Part shown: positions 22,701 to 37,300 of the stretch, in pieces
Numbering within the stretch: position 1 is the first letter of the stretch
How the letters are laid out: each line of letters starts with the position of its first letter
Notes under the pieces: generated by a model
Told to the model about the DNA's origin: nothing
What the model saw: only the letters and a program-made list of their open reading frames with translations
The model's database searches: none
Assembly: GCA_002633005.1 (NCBI GenBank)
Contig: NMRA01000047.1
Span: 1,107,104 to 1,171,103 of the forward strand
DNA length: 64,000 nt
From: Phoronis australis
Taxonomy: Eukaryota; Animalia; Phoronida
Direction of reading: 5' to 3'
Made by a program: the position numbers and the translations under genes

Positions 22701-25700
22701 CTGGATCTATATCTCTTTTACGACGTACTGAACTCCTCTTGGCGCTGTTTTGATTCTGATTAACGTAAATGGGACAGTTTACATCCGGGACATGTTACAT
22801 CATGACAAATTCTTACCACTTAGTATAATTGACACAGACGGTATTCTGTTTTGGCGTGTTTATGTTAGCAAGAGACAGCGAGCCGGAAAGCTAGGGGTAC
22901 AGACAAAATGATATGTCTGAGGCGAAATTATTGGGGTGGGGAAATACGATAATAAATTATGTCATAGATAAAGCGAACGTTTCAATTTACTGAATTTGAT
23001 TAAAAAGTTACGATGTGAATCATATGGATAACACCAAAAGTATGAAAAGCCAATTAACAAAATAAAATAAATGGTTAATTTCTTAGTTCATTAATAAAAC
23101 TTGCACACTTTGTTGCAAGTGTTCTTTTTAAGAAAATTTGTTTATTTGGGAAAGAACAATTACCTCTATTCAATTATCAGCAAGAACAAAATTTTTCTCA
23201 GTTGTAATTTTACGTTCTTGGGTGTTTTACAAACTTTATTTTAAATTCAAATTTAATTTTAAGTTATGGTTTATTAACTGTACGCTAATCTATTCTAAAA
23301 CAAACTTTTTAAAATCACGTGAACATGCATTTCGCACCTACTCCAAAAATATTGCAAGTCCACAACTTTCTACAAGTTTTTACATTTATTTTTAAAAATA
23401 ACGAATTAATCAGAAAATTTTGATGGAAACAAAATGTAATCATACGAGAGTTGATTTTTCCAAAGATTTCTAGACAATTCTATGATTTTTCAGCGAAAAT
23501 TTTGACACAGTTTTTCTTGCACGTCCAAAGAGATTTGATAGCTAAAAATTAAATTGTTAATTTGTTTTTTAAAGTTTGGTTCTAAAAAAATCCAAATTAG
23601 CTTATTCCTTTCGCCTCTTATTTACATTAAAAATAATATAACTCAGTGGCATATGCGGTTTCAAAAACATAATTCACAACGTGACAGCATAGCTTTACGC
23701 TGACGAACGTCACTTGGTCAGACGTTTAACGTTAAGCAGATACTCGCCTCGTTTTTTGATACTCATCTAGACCCGATCAATTGGAGTCAATTTGATTTTG
23801 TGATAGTTAAGATAGCTTGCAGGCCCTCCAAATTGGATTATACCGTGACCAAAGAGAAAATTTCGTTCGACTGTTTTCGTCATCAACGCCAAAGCGAAGC
23901 GGCTTGCTGGCAACGGCGGGGGGAAATCGGTGGCAGTGAATCAGAAGCGAATGAAAGCTTTATGCATTCTAAAAGCTTCTGAACACTTACTCAAGAGTCT
24001 GATTTCTGTGAATTCAGACTCCTACGTCGAGTCGTAACCCACCAAAAGAAGAAGACTTTCAAATTTCTTGACATTATTTGGTTCGCCCTTCTTTGCTTGT
24101 TACCAATTAAACGAAAAGCTCCGCTGTTTTACTCAGTGTTCAAACGGTGACAGAAGAAAAAGTACCAGTTTCTACTAGCCGTCTAGGGCAATACCAGTGA
24201 AAATATCGAAAGAATTTCCCATACATTACGAGCTAAGCGGATAATGCTGATAGCGGTTTTATATTGATGATCACCATCATATAATTATCCAATATCATTG
24301 TGAATTGTTGTGCCTGTTGAGCCGTAACAATGACCGTTTTAAGCAGCTGGAATTTGAAACAACATTGACAACCAATTGTTTAGAACAGCCCTCACTAAAA
24401 TGGTAATATTTTTATCTCTCGAAGTGACGTATTAGTAGTGCTCCAAAAAGTAGAAACTAAACATATTTACGTTCCTGTAAGTGGTTCAAAAGAAAATTCG
24501 TCACAAACAACTACTTTTTATTTCTGCGTTTATTTACCAATAACTTATCAAAACGAATGAGGTTCTACCCCGCAATTGTAAGAAAACAATGCCTTTTTCA
24601 AATTTTACAATAAAACGTTTTACACAGGTCAACGAGATTACCACTTCGTCGGTGTCGTCTTATGAGAAAGTTGTTTTCTTTTCTGGAGATTAAAGTGAAA
24701 TGATTTATTAGTAAAACAGTGGTCTTCGTGTAATCTGTTGTAAATAACCGTAATTTGATCAAGTCGTTAGGCTTATCACAAATTCGATAATAAAGTCGTT
24801 AAATAATCATAAATATACATTAAAAGCGTTTGAAGTTTATTGTCCAATCTGTTCCGACAGACACGGTAGAATAATTAGTTCTCCGTCCTGGTTAACAACG
24901 ACGTTAATTCAAAAAGACAAATACGACCCAGGATAGTTTCTGTGGTACAAATCTTATTTCTTCTACGATTTGAAATGTTGCTGCTTCGAGATTATTTTTT
25001 GTTACACAACCGCCACTTCATATAACATGCATGCTTTACACGTCTATGGAGTACGCCTAAACTTACGCTTTTTCTTAAATGAAAAATGCAAATGGCATTG
25101 TGTTTATACTTGTGCTTCGAAATCGGAAAAAATGGATACTTATGCACACAAATTATGCGTCGAGAATTTCAATACTGATCTTCGTGATGTCACTAAAGGA
25201 GACCAATTTTTTAAAGGCTCTTCAAAGAACAAAGTTTAATCGATTTAAGGACCCCGAAATTGGATGAAAAATGTTTTTGTATCAACCTCTTTCATCTGTT
25301 ATATATTTTATCAACACCAAAGATTTTATGCAAGTAAAATATGATATAATATTAAGAAATTAACCGCCTCATTTTCTTATTACGTGTACAAATGGTGATC
25401 TCTGACCTTGAAACGTATTCAGTTTACCGAGTTCAAATGCCGGAATTATCGAACGGTATTACACGCCCAGAGAACCAGAAATATGAGATGCTTCTATCAC
25501 AAGAAATCGTTAACATTTGATATTTAACTAACAATCCCCTTCCCTTCCATAAAATATATTGCGATATGTTCTACACACTTCTAACGAAAATGTGTAAAAA
25601 CACACAAACACAATGCATTAAAATTGTAACAAAATCTTTCGCTTAGACCCATGAATTAGAGTCACAATAATATAAACCCTGATCTGTACTTCTCACACTA

Positions 25701-27656
25701 ATGACCATGGTAACCAACCAACAAAGACGTGTATCGTGCTCGAATTTAGGCACAGGCGACTGTATTCAAAAGTTACGTATATAAGCGAATGTGCCTTATA
25801 GGCGCAGGGTTCCATGCACACACGACGTGCAAATCCTAAACTGGGCGTTATTCTTGTGTTTTTCCCCATTCTAAACACTTTTCATTCAATTGTTATTTTT
25901 AAGCATAATAGCTCGCAGACGTTTAATATTTTGTTGGGAAAAGTCAAGTTTCACTAATATTTTAGAAATTAGCTCTCACAAATAAGCGCGTGTGCCTAAT
26001 TCCAGATATAGAAGGACTCGTCTAATTCTACTGAATAATAGGCGCAGCTTCAAATATAGGCGCATGGGCGGCACATATAGGGTGACAGATTTGTTTCAGG
26101 AACGCAAATCTGCAAAATTGTCTAAAGCCACTGTTTACACAGGTTCTACCGTAACCATTCCCATTTCGCGCATCGTAATCGTGTTTCGCTACATAGCTGA
26201 CGTTTGTCTTAATGATAACGTAAATTCTTTGGCATTAGGTTCAATCATTTTACGACTATGAGTTCGCCACGGTGAGTGGTTACCGTGAAAACGAACCTAA
26301 GACGGCCGGATCTGGCAAATGTAAAGACGTCAGCCACACAAAATCGCCACACTGAGAGTTTATGTGGGAGAAAAAAATCGACAAATAATCTGCTACAGGA
26401 AAAACACGCGAACAGGTGAGGAGGAAAGCAGTGATCAGACTACTCCGGGACTTGTGCATTCGAGAATGTCGCGTGTTTGCTCTGTACAAAGTGCAAACAA
26501 ACGTTTTGATGATGCCCAGCGAAACTTGGGTTTTGCGAGTTTGATTGTGTTACTAACTTACGTAGTTCTAGATCAGAATACTCAGGGTGAAATGTGCAAA
26601 TGAACTTTTGCGTGCGGTAGCGAAAAATGGCTTATTAATAATCAAATGTCTGTCGTTTTTTAGTGGTGGATATCAAATTTGGTCTGACAAATGAAAATCT
26701 ATAATCCCGTAGGCTTGCCTGTCCAATAAATGTGCCCACCCGTTTTCAATTTTCGGGATTCCTGACAGTAGAGTGTAAAACAAAAAATAACTGTCGCAAA
26801 TCATACATTTTATTGCGATCAAGCACGTGTGTGAAATTCTTACTTTTCTATTTTGGCGACCCCAGATAAGAAAGTCTGCAGAGTTCTCGTCAGTTAGCTA
26901 GACGTGGTCGCGCTACATTGGCAATAAAAGTGTCAAACGGGTTTTTTGTCACTTTTACTCATTTCAACATTCAGTATTTTTGCAGATGACAATCACAAGT
27001 ATTATGTTGTCGTCTATATCATAAAGAGTTTTATGTAAAAATGTGGACAGAGAATTGAACAGGAGCTACATGAGCAGTCAATCTCGTGCAATGGCTCAAA
27101 ATTTTTATATAGTGAACATGTAAAACCACTGGGGTTCAGTTTCATTATTATGAAATCAATGTTAAAGGACTTTACTATTAAACGAAGCGTGCAGCTTTTA
27201 AGCCGTGATATGCAAGGTTGCTGCCAATTAATTGTTTGTAAGTAACTTTCAGAAATAAATTCACAACTTTCTGAATTACTGTACAAGAAAGTCGCTTTCT
27301 AATGTTCCAGCAAAGGCAAAGTATTAGTCAAGTGATGTAACTGATCGCATAACTTAATTTTTGAGTACTTTTTACTGTTTGTATTTTAACCCGCCAGCAA
27401 TTCAAAGTGAATTATTCGAAGATAGTAACTAATTAGTGATTCATGCAGTGACTGTACGTTAGTTACGGACTGAAATACTTAGATGGGCGATCACGTGTCC
27501 TAAGCAGCTAATTAAGATATACTGTATACAGATAGTATGCAAACTTGGCAAAAGGTTCGACTGTTGTTCAGCTTCTTAATTGGTGATACGCTGAAAGACA
27601 GAAATGAAGACTTGGCAATAGGAAATTAATAAAGACTGTTAATGAAAATTAATTCA

Positions 27657-27717
27657 AATAATTAAAACCAACCCCACCGAATCCGCCTTTTAATCGGTGG
27701 GGTTGGTTTTAATTATT
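27657..27717. repeat. Perfect 24-bp inverted repeat with a 13-nt spacer
   Basis: AATAATTAAAACCAACCCCACCGA / TCGGTGGGGTTGGTTTTAATTATT. Confidence 0.95.
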
Positions 27718-28627
27718 AGTGTTTAAAAATGTTGTCTTAAATACGGAAACAACTTTTCGCTCAGCTCACTAAACGCCATTCGAACAATTTCCGACCACAG
27801 ATAAATACTCCGTTTGTACAAGTAAAAATGAGAATCAATGATGCATTGTAAGAAACTACAAGTTAAAAAATATGAAATAAAAAGTCTCCGAATTGGCTAT
27901 CCTCTACTCCGTCTCTCTCAAATCACTCAATTTTCATCGGTCAATGTTCTTACAGTGGCGGAACCGAGGTTATTTCCCTCCGTTATGGATGCCACTGAAC
28001 TTCGGGACACGTGCAGTGAATTTAAGATGAAGTTATTATTTTCGGTTCACTTAAAACCCTGCAGGAATTAACCCGAATTAAAATTTATTACTTGGTCTGT
28101 GTTGGTCTCTACACGTGTGGTAAGACTAGCGTCGGTGGACTTCACCACTCGATTCATGCCGACACCGTCAAGAACGCTCAGTTTGTGGTGAGGTTCGACT
28201 CATACGCAGAGGCTTCGACGGCATACGTGCTTTTATGAATTTGTCATGCTTAACCACGCGTTTAATTTTGAAATATGCATTTTGTAAAGAACGATAAGTG
28301 AGTGGTCAATTTTTTTACATCACATAGATATAGTTTTGCCACGGAGACGCTGTTGGGATTTTGAGAACACTGCAATTTTAACGATATATCCTACACCGTA
28401 CAAGTGTACTTGCAAAAAATGTCTTGTGCAATTCTTGATTGAATTAATGCCAGTTTGTTATTGAAACTTTTTTAATAATCAGAAAAATAATAAATGAATG
28501 AAGAAAACACTTGAAATGTTTTGGGACCAACAGTTGTCATGAGAATTACATAATATAAAAGTTCAAAATTTCATAGCATTGTTCGAAAATAAAATTGAAT
28601 TTTTGAATAAATGAGACACCATCATCT

Positions 28628-29042
28628 TGAAGTTCAGGGTCCGGGGTCTAATTTTTGTACTGTAAATTGAACTCGAAATAACTTTTGATATTTTCCATTC
28701 TACCTTTGTGCTAACTAAAGACAAGTATCTATTATTCTGTACTCGAGTAGAGTATGCAATGATTTTCGTGGGCGATTGTCTAATCCTAGTTTTCAATTGA
28801 CGAATCCAACATTAAAACGATAAGTTCGAGTATAAACCCGCAATTTTGAATTCTTCATCCAGTTTTTAATCAAGTTATATGGCATAAATCTAGGTGTCGT
28901 CAAGTGTATTCATGGATTAGACATTCATCTGCATAAACCATTATGTATTCGACAACAGAATAATAGATACATGTCTTGATTTTGAAGTAAAGGAGAACGG
29001 GAATGTAAGTACGAAGATTAGACCCCGGGCCTCAGAACGTAA
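28628..29042. mobile_element. Degenerate MITE-like element
   Basis: Inverted pair CCGGGGTCTAATTTTTGTACT (about 28641) / AGTACGAAGATTAGACCCCGG (about 29008). No TSD could be resolved. Confidence 0.45.
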
Positions 29043-31306
29043 CTTTTTGCTGGATTTGACGAAATTTGCTTTTCGCTCTGATTACGGAGTTTTTATCTAT
29101 GTGTCCTCATGGAGCCTGCGTTCATGTTGTGTAAATATTCCAAAAACATTACCATCTGTAGACCTCAGAGAAATCTGCCTATGCAAATGATGATAAATCA
29201 GCCAATAACAAAACGCCAGCGCCCTCTGCTGAAGGATATTTAAATAGCGTTCTCATTTTCAGAATAATTTGATCAGCAACCTTTATGATACTGATGCTTA
29301 AAATAATCAAATCAAGGAATGGGTTGACTACGCACAAAATAAATAGGCAAAACCTCATTTCAAGTGTTAGTGCCATGTTCAGTTTTTTAAACCCATTAAT
29401 AAAATAAACCCGACTGTGGATTTTTGACGGACTGTTACACCGAGAAAACGTAAGATGAAGCGAAAAATCATTTTATGTAAAAACATAATTTATTAAAGAA
29501 AATAATACATATACTATATTTATCAAAACAACTTGTCAAATACGTATCAATTCAAATCTACGCTACTTAAGAAATGTTTCGAATCGGAAACAGCCATAGA
29601 ACTGTGAAGTGGATCTCCCAATGATATCTCACTTTCAGAGATTTTCACACGGATTTCGCAGCAGTGATTAACGCCCTGCCGTCCATCCACTTGAGAAAGC
29701 TACGATAAACGCAGTGTTCTTTACAAAAAACAGACCACTGAAAACATCGAATTAGTCAAGACTCCGACACTAACACGGAGGAGAGGATCAGTATAGAATG
29801 ACTCAATAATTTGGACTCTCGCTAATGCGAAACAACGAACGATACGTCAAGCCATTAGCAGTTTGCAAAGATGACATTGTTATGTATACATTTCTACCTA
29901 AGACCAAGGTAAAGTTCAATACCTGTCTCACGGCGAGAAAATCTTGCCAAAATCACGTAGTCTCATTGAAATACAAGGAAATATCTCACAAAATTTCGCG
30001 ATATCTTACCTTTTTAGCGAGGCCCTACCGAGGTCTTAAGGTTATTGAAATCGACCAAACTCATAATGGAAATCTTCCAAGATCCCCCACACTCACAACC
30101 TCACGGAATTAGGAGCGAAAAATCGAAGCAACTTTTAATATATTTTCCGACTACTCATAGTTTATCAGCCATGGTCTTAATTTTAAACAGATAGATGTGT
30201 AATGTAATTAGCACCCAGTAATTAGACTGGTGTATATACATTAAGAACACTGGCGTATTTTAAAAAAACAGCGTTTGTCACACATAATAGTGACATAGCA
30301 AGCCAGGAAAACGCACCACGAGTCGCATCGCTTTATAGTATGCTAATACAACTATGTCGTGGATGAAGTATCTATAAATCATATTTCCCCCTGAAAATGC
30401 CTAACTTTAAACCCAGCCTTAAACTTAAATGAAGCAAAAAGCAAAGACAAAAGAAAGCAACAGAAGTTTTGTAATTTTTCAAACGAATTCTACAAAAGAA
30501 AGCGTTTTGAGAACTACATACGTTTATTAGGATCCCGAAATTGTTTTGATAAACACGCACGCGGCGAAGACAGATTTTGAACTATTAGCGCGCATTAGCA
30601 TTGCTAGGTTACACAAAGTCTAGATCAAAAACGCGATAATATTTTTTCAAGACACACTAGGAATGCTTCTGGCTTATGTCTGTCGGATGCCTCTTTGTTT
30701 CGGGAGGTAAAAAAACGTCACTGGAAATTTAATCAAAGAGAGTTGTCCCTCCTAGTTTTACACACGCACACACACCGCGCTTTATTTTAACATTTAATAT
30801 ATTTTCTTGAACATCAAAGCAGTTGTCTTCAACTATTGTTCAATTAATAATGTCGTAACGACAAACCCTAATTATTATTTCCATTTTAACGTTTTTAACA
30901 GATTTTCAGAGGATGTAAAATTTCATTTCTTCACTATCAGCATTAGTATAACAGTAGAACTGTAGCCTCACAGTGCTAGTAGAAATATGAAAGGAAATGG
31001 ACTTATCAGATCTGATTTTGCCACATCCTTTCATTTTTATTTATTACAAGAATTTCACTTTTTACCGCACGTGCCAATACCTTGAGTTGGAAAACCTGCT
31101 ATGCAGAAATGTAGAGTACGGGGAAAAATGACCACAGCACCTTCTCATTTGAAACGAGCTTTTCACAAAAATGAGCTTGGAAAAAAGACTAAATTATATA
31201 CTGAATATGGTATTGCCCAGACAATACCACACTCTCGAATGCATTATTAAGTATATATGATATACATGTACCACTAAAAATAACGCAGTCAGTGGTCTAT
31301 CCTATA

Positions 31307-31309
31307 TGT

Positions 31310-31363
<54 letters not shown>
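31307..31363. repeat. (TG)n microsatellite
   Basis: Direct reading. Confidence 0.98.
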
Positions 31364-31365
<2 letters not shown>

Positions 31366-33629
31366 GTAGGTTGTACCACTTAAACGAATGCTCATGGTTT
31401 GCAATGGTAATTACTAATATACAGGTGTCACAAATTATAAAGGCCCTATTTCTTGCACATTTTCAATTCAGAGACACTTTGCCGCAAAATTGAAAAACAA
31501 CTCAAAAACTCACTTGGTCAGTTATTCACGAGTTACTTTCGCTTTTTATGAACCTGCAGTCGTGTGTTCACTGTGCTTGCTAATAACCGAGTTTCTGTTT
31601 TGAACAACACGTGTTGATATTAGTTGTGGACTCAACGTTCAGTAAAATTATAAGTCAGAAATAGAACATGCAGCTTATCAGAAATGGCGTGTGTCTTCAC
31701 TGTTGACGTAAACTGGTTGGAGATCGACTTTCAATTAGGATAGACTTGCGCAGAGCAAAATCTGTCACGGAACTTAACGTTTTTAGTCCTCAAGTGGTTA
31801 TGAAATATAAAAATATCTACATGTTGATAAATGGTTTTTGTTTCGATGCACAACACAACAAAACGGAAATTCCAGTGCACAATTACACGCGTGCAGGTAA
31901 CCTTGCTGAAAGCTACATTTTCCCTGTTTATGAGGCTAATCAACGAAAACAGAATTGGGCCTTATACTCTTATAACACCGGTCTCACTATATTCTTCCAA
32001 TGATAGATCACATTTGTTTTTGGCCTAAGTATGAGTACGAACTTTGAAAGTTCGAGGATTGCATTTCCGTTACCAACAAGAAGATCTAAACTGCGAATTC
32101 GGAGACGGCGCATGTACTCATTGCCTGTAACTCGACTTGATAGAATCTCATATCAGTGGGAATTGTGCGAGACCAATTAGATGAGAGTGAAAGGCCTATT
32201 TCGATTTCGGGGTTATAGCCCCTTAAACAGTGGGAAGTGCAGCTTTAGGCCAATAGTAAAACAAATAAATATTTTTTCCATCATCACCCCAACCATCACT
32301 GTAACCAATATTCGATCCAACTTACGAGATAGTATTTTTTTTAAGAAAAAATGGTGTGAGTGTAAGTCACAAAAATGCATCTTAATTCAACAAACGCGCA
32401 CGTTAACATGGCAACGCGTGGTACATACGACTGCCATCGTTCTAAGGACAATTTCACGACGAACGGGGTAATATTTATAAATTGACGGATCAAAGACACT
32501 GCATAAATCTCGGTTTTTAAAAGAAACTTTTTTAATGACCGGGACGACATACGAAAACTGATAGTTACCGAAGTTTTGATTTTAATCGAAATAACTTGTT
32601 GGCTACGGGGATGGGGACTTTCACTTGTGCCGACTGAATGAGGAAAGCGTAATTTAGCGAGCACGTTTTCCACGCCCGAGTGTCGTCGTCATATTTGTCG
32701 TCTGCATTGCAATCGTAACCTCACCACCATTGAAAAATCTATGTTGAATTTGTTTAAACGTGACTCTCAATTAGAGCGTCAAAATCTTATTTTACTGTTG
32801 CCATCTTTGTTTAAAACATAAATAATTTTCTACGAAATTCTTCTTAAATAAAATATGTTAAATATATTACCTTATAATATTTCAACAAGTGAAAGTGTCA
32901 GTAACATTGCACTTCTAAACTTAAAACAATGTGCCAGTAAAACGTAGTCGTGAATTTACAAAAGTTAACAATTACATACTGAAAACGTAAGAATCGAAAT
33001 TCCAATTGTAATGTTGTTGGAACCGCACCACAAATCTCTTTAAACGGAGTTGTAGATAACTTTCGTGGTTTAGATCATGCATGTAATGTTCTTAAATAGA
33101 ACTCAATAGGTTAGTGACACGAATACCACGCAGTTCACATCCTTTGCTGGTTGGCACAACGTGCACGAAAACGCAGAGTGAATGTCCGCCTCTCTCTAAG
33201 ACGCACCGCGAGTTCATAAACAGCATACTTGATCGCTCATGACAGGAAACGAACTAAATCCATGGAACGTTGCTTTCAGTCCAATAGTCACGATTTTCGT
33301 CAAACCACTTCACAAATACGTATCAATTGTAACAACTTCGACGTTCGTCCTGTATTCGTCTCGTGCACTTGATCAACCCGGCAGCGCTTGAAAACACAAT
33401 CTGCATAAGGTCGATTCCAACCTCGAACGAACTGGATTAAACGTAGGAGAACGTTAATCACACAGAATTGCGAACGAACAGCCTTGCCATTCCCACAACT
33501 GTGGTCAATTTCTTCTCTAGCCGACTCCTGCCGCTGAGCGAATTCCTGCAAGCGCGACGAAAAGATCGTAAAATTCGCACTTGCGAGGTCTTTAACCTCG
33601 GAAGGCTGACGGGGATGTTTTTCAAATTT

Positions 33630-33716
33630 TCACTGTTTCAGTTCGGAAGCCCACACGGCTTGCGGCCAACCAGTCCTTCCTTTTTTACTCTTATCTTCGC
33701 CACTTTCTATGCAATT
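33630..33716 (-). CDS. HAND: Hand exon 2 (NCIESGEDKSKKGRTGWPQAVWASELKQ*); not in the supplied ORF track
   Basis: Encodes the Hand-specific C-terminal motif KGRTGWPQxVWAxEL. Acceptor tttgtttgcag, phase 0, TGA at 33630-33632. The intron spans 33717-40643. Confidence 0.96.
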   Translation of the reverse strand, partial: NCIESGEDKSKKGRTGWPQAVWASELKQ

Positions 33717-34124
33717 CTGCAAACAAAGAGACGATACATTCAATATAATAAGGTAACGCAATGCGCTTTGCTTACTGAAGATAAAAATAACAAGTTAAGA
33801 GCAACTTAAACTACTCCAATTTTTAAACGTGCTAGCGGACGCAGCTAACTGTCTCCAAAAACAAACTCGTTTACATACCCTGTTCTCCGTTTTTCCACAA
33901 CTTCATATATTGCATTTTAGAAAGTTTATTAATGGAAGAATTTAATAAATCTCTCTACCTTGAAGTAATCAGGTTATTTGCTAAACCCATTCAAGTTACA
34001 TCTTGCCACTGTTGAGTTTTCAATGTTAAAATTTTAACACATTATTATTAAAACCATTGGCACGCTCATTCGATCATATATTGTTGCCGACTGAGTCCCT
34101 GACCTCAAGTCGCAGACAATGCCG

Positions 34125-34312
34125 TACACCCGCAATTTTCCAAATGAATTCTGAAGCGTATTCTCAAGTCTCTTGATGGTTTCTAATGTTCTTGTTAGAA
34201 ACGGAAATTTAATCCTATTATAGTGAGGATTATTGAGACCAATTTTATGAGAGTAAAAAGCCTAATTTCATTCCGTTTTTAGCCAGCTTACAAGGGTGAA
34301 ATGCAACGTTAA
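34125..34312 (+). repeat. Dispersed repeat family R2 (other copies about 17328-17410, 44150-44330 and 45228-45405)
   Basis: Shared block GACCAATTTTATGAGAGTAAAAAGCCTAATT...TTTTAGCCAG...GGTGAAA. Confidence 0.75.
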
Positions 34313-37300
34313 TATATGACTGTGCAACTCTTTACGTCGTATCTCGCAATGGAAAAGAGTCCAGAACATTGAATACGAAAAGCTCCACTTTGCTCAACGG
34401 GAGATATGCATCGAGGTCCTGAGCTATATGGTTAAAGCGTGTTTCTGAATGTTGGACAACAACTGAGAACCGCGTCGACACACTTATGTCAGCGGGGCAG
34501 CCACCACACACGTCATTCGTAGTTAGCGAAGAGACGGCAACAAGTCGGGTCGAGGGGACATTGCATAATACGTCATCATTGATGAGGTTGCACAACAGAT
34601 CATTAACATAAACGAGACGAAGCAGAAAACCCAGTTGACGATTTGTTAATTAAAATTGACTTTCGCCGACGTTGAGTTGGACGGGGAATGCTTACTGTCT
34701 TGTAATTCAACTCATTTGGTAGAAGACTGGATCATTGGCGACGTATTTCCAAGATTCCATTTGCTACAAATCTAATATTGTCTGTATGAATTAATTAAAT
34801 GATTCAATCACTGTTTAACAATATGCTTTTTAACTCATGTTATGTAATAAAAACTGCACGCACACACATTATACTTCTATCCAACCGGATTTATGAAACA
34901 CAATGTTTTCTTAGACTTCAAACATTTTGCTTTTGGTGAGCTGGAAATGTCGATGTAAATTATATGAAAAAGACATTTAAGGTATCACAATCTTGCGAAC
35001 CATAAGTCAAGTCACAGGGAGATGGGAGCGTGATTTACTAAAACGAAAAATTTGCAGAATTTGGAAACCATTCCGTAATTACCAACGTTAAGATAGTGTT
35101 CGGTTCTAAACAAAGTTTATGACCCCGAGACTAAAGACTAGAAATATTTACTGAATCTCAAGGTTTTATAACACCCAGTGAAATGCGACCCATGACAGTT
35201 TAAAAATGTTTCAGTAACGTTTGGTCGCCGAAGACCAGCGAAAGCAATTTAATTTTGAATTATTCACGAAGAAATTACTGTCAATCCTCGCTATGGTTAT
35301 CGATGGAGATCAACGTAACGATGCTTGTAAAAAGGGCATGAAAACAAAATATTAATAATTATTTTATGTTAATAAAACAAGTCGAAATTAAATGACCGTC
35401 ATAAAATAAATATCGAGATCAATACGATAACTCGATTGCTCAAACTTACGCGAGTTTTATTAACTTGGCATTTGTAGAAACTCGCAGCACTTCTTCCTTC
35501 TTACAAGTCTCATGTAACACAAGCAACCAAATGGAAATGACTTGCGAGGACTAACAAAAGTTATAATCACCATTCGCTAACAAGTGTAATAATTTTAAAA
35601 AAATGACGATGACAAAAATCTTTTCTAAGGCGAAACCTTAGACTCCTGAAATGTGGCCAACAGGTGGCGCGGTGACGAGATGAAAAATACTCTCCAAACT
35701 TTTTATACTAAAAATAGACCCGTCTCAACAATTTCGTTCGCATGGACGCGCGTTTGAGTCGCATAAAAACAATGCGTATTAGCAAAATTCGCCTGGAGCA
35801 TCCGTCAGCGGCAATGAATGACAAGTTCTGTCTTACACAATTATATCTCAATTAACTTAAATCATGCAAATAAGCATCGATCTATCAAACACTTAGCAAG
35901 CGGTAGCGGTCGGGAGAGCACTGAAACATTACTTTCTAAAAACTTATTTGAGGTCAGATCTGCGAAAATTATGCTTTCAAAATTGTGAAAATGACGTTAC
36001 CATTTGTGAAAAGTTTCACTCATAGCAGGGGGCTTCTAAATTATGGTAATTCAAATCACTGCTCTCTTAAAGTTTCAAAACAAATTCCTATTAGCTGATT
36101 GATATACACTGTTCATGTTTGCCGTTATCAGGCACCAAATAAAACTCAGAAAGCAGAAATAAAACTGAACGTTTGTAGCTTGATTCACCAACACTGACCA
36201 TGTTGACTGAACTTATAACTATATTTCATGTTTCAAATAGAGAACATTTTCTAAGTAAAAGATATTGCCTTCCGTTACTGTTGACAACGTGTCATAACTT
36301 CAAATAACTTAAAAACGAACAGAGGTGAGACAAAACTTAAATTTGTCTCAAGACCATTTCAAGAAACAGATCTTTTAAGTTTAAACTTGAGTTTTTTTAC
36401 TTAAGTTTTGTCTTAATTTTGACTATCTTACCGGATGTGGATTTGTTTCAAAGTTTGATAGTTAAGACAAATCTTACACTGGTAAGTAAAACATTAGCTA
36501 AAGTCAGTTTCTTGGAACTGCCCCCAGAAGTGTAATGTACCAGTAATTTCTGATCATGTTTAAATTATTAATTTATTATTTTTCTTTACTGAAACGGCAT
36601 TGGATTATGGCTAATGACAAACCCTCTTTCTAAGGAAATAAAAGTGAAAAGAGCTATAATTGCACTATGCATTTAACAATGAGTACAGCGTGACCTGGAA
36701 AATAATGGAAAAACAGGACAAAGTGGTCAACGACAAAATTAATTAAGAAATTAAAAAGAGTAAATTAAGACATCTTTAAGAAGAAAATTTGAAACCGCGT
36801 TGTTGTCTCTAACCAAATCAGACCACGCAAGTCTTTAGCACGAATGTAATTTAAAACAGAAAAACTTTTTTCAGTTTTGCCAGAAAATGATACAAATTCT
36901 TGATAAATTAAGTTACAATGAATTTAACCACGTGATCATCACCAATACAGACTAGACCATTTATCACAAGGGCACTTCTTTTCTCGTTAGCTTGCACTTA
37001 ACTTTATCGTTTGTGACAACTGGCCTTTCACAATTCTCACGCCTTTTATCACAAAAATGATCTAAATGGTGAATAATCTTTAACAGACGACATTTTCCAC
37101 GGGAAAGAGATATGACATGCTTATTTTCTTGTCGTTAGAGGGTAAAGAAAATTATTGGTCTCTACGCGGGGCTAAAATCAATTGAGATCTTCTTAATCGT
37201 TAGGCTAATTAGCAATTACGAGACGAGTAGGATCGACAGAATAACGAATTAGCAAAACAGTGTAACTTGATTAAAACCTCACTAAAACGTCATGATTGAA

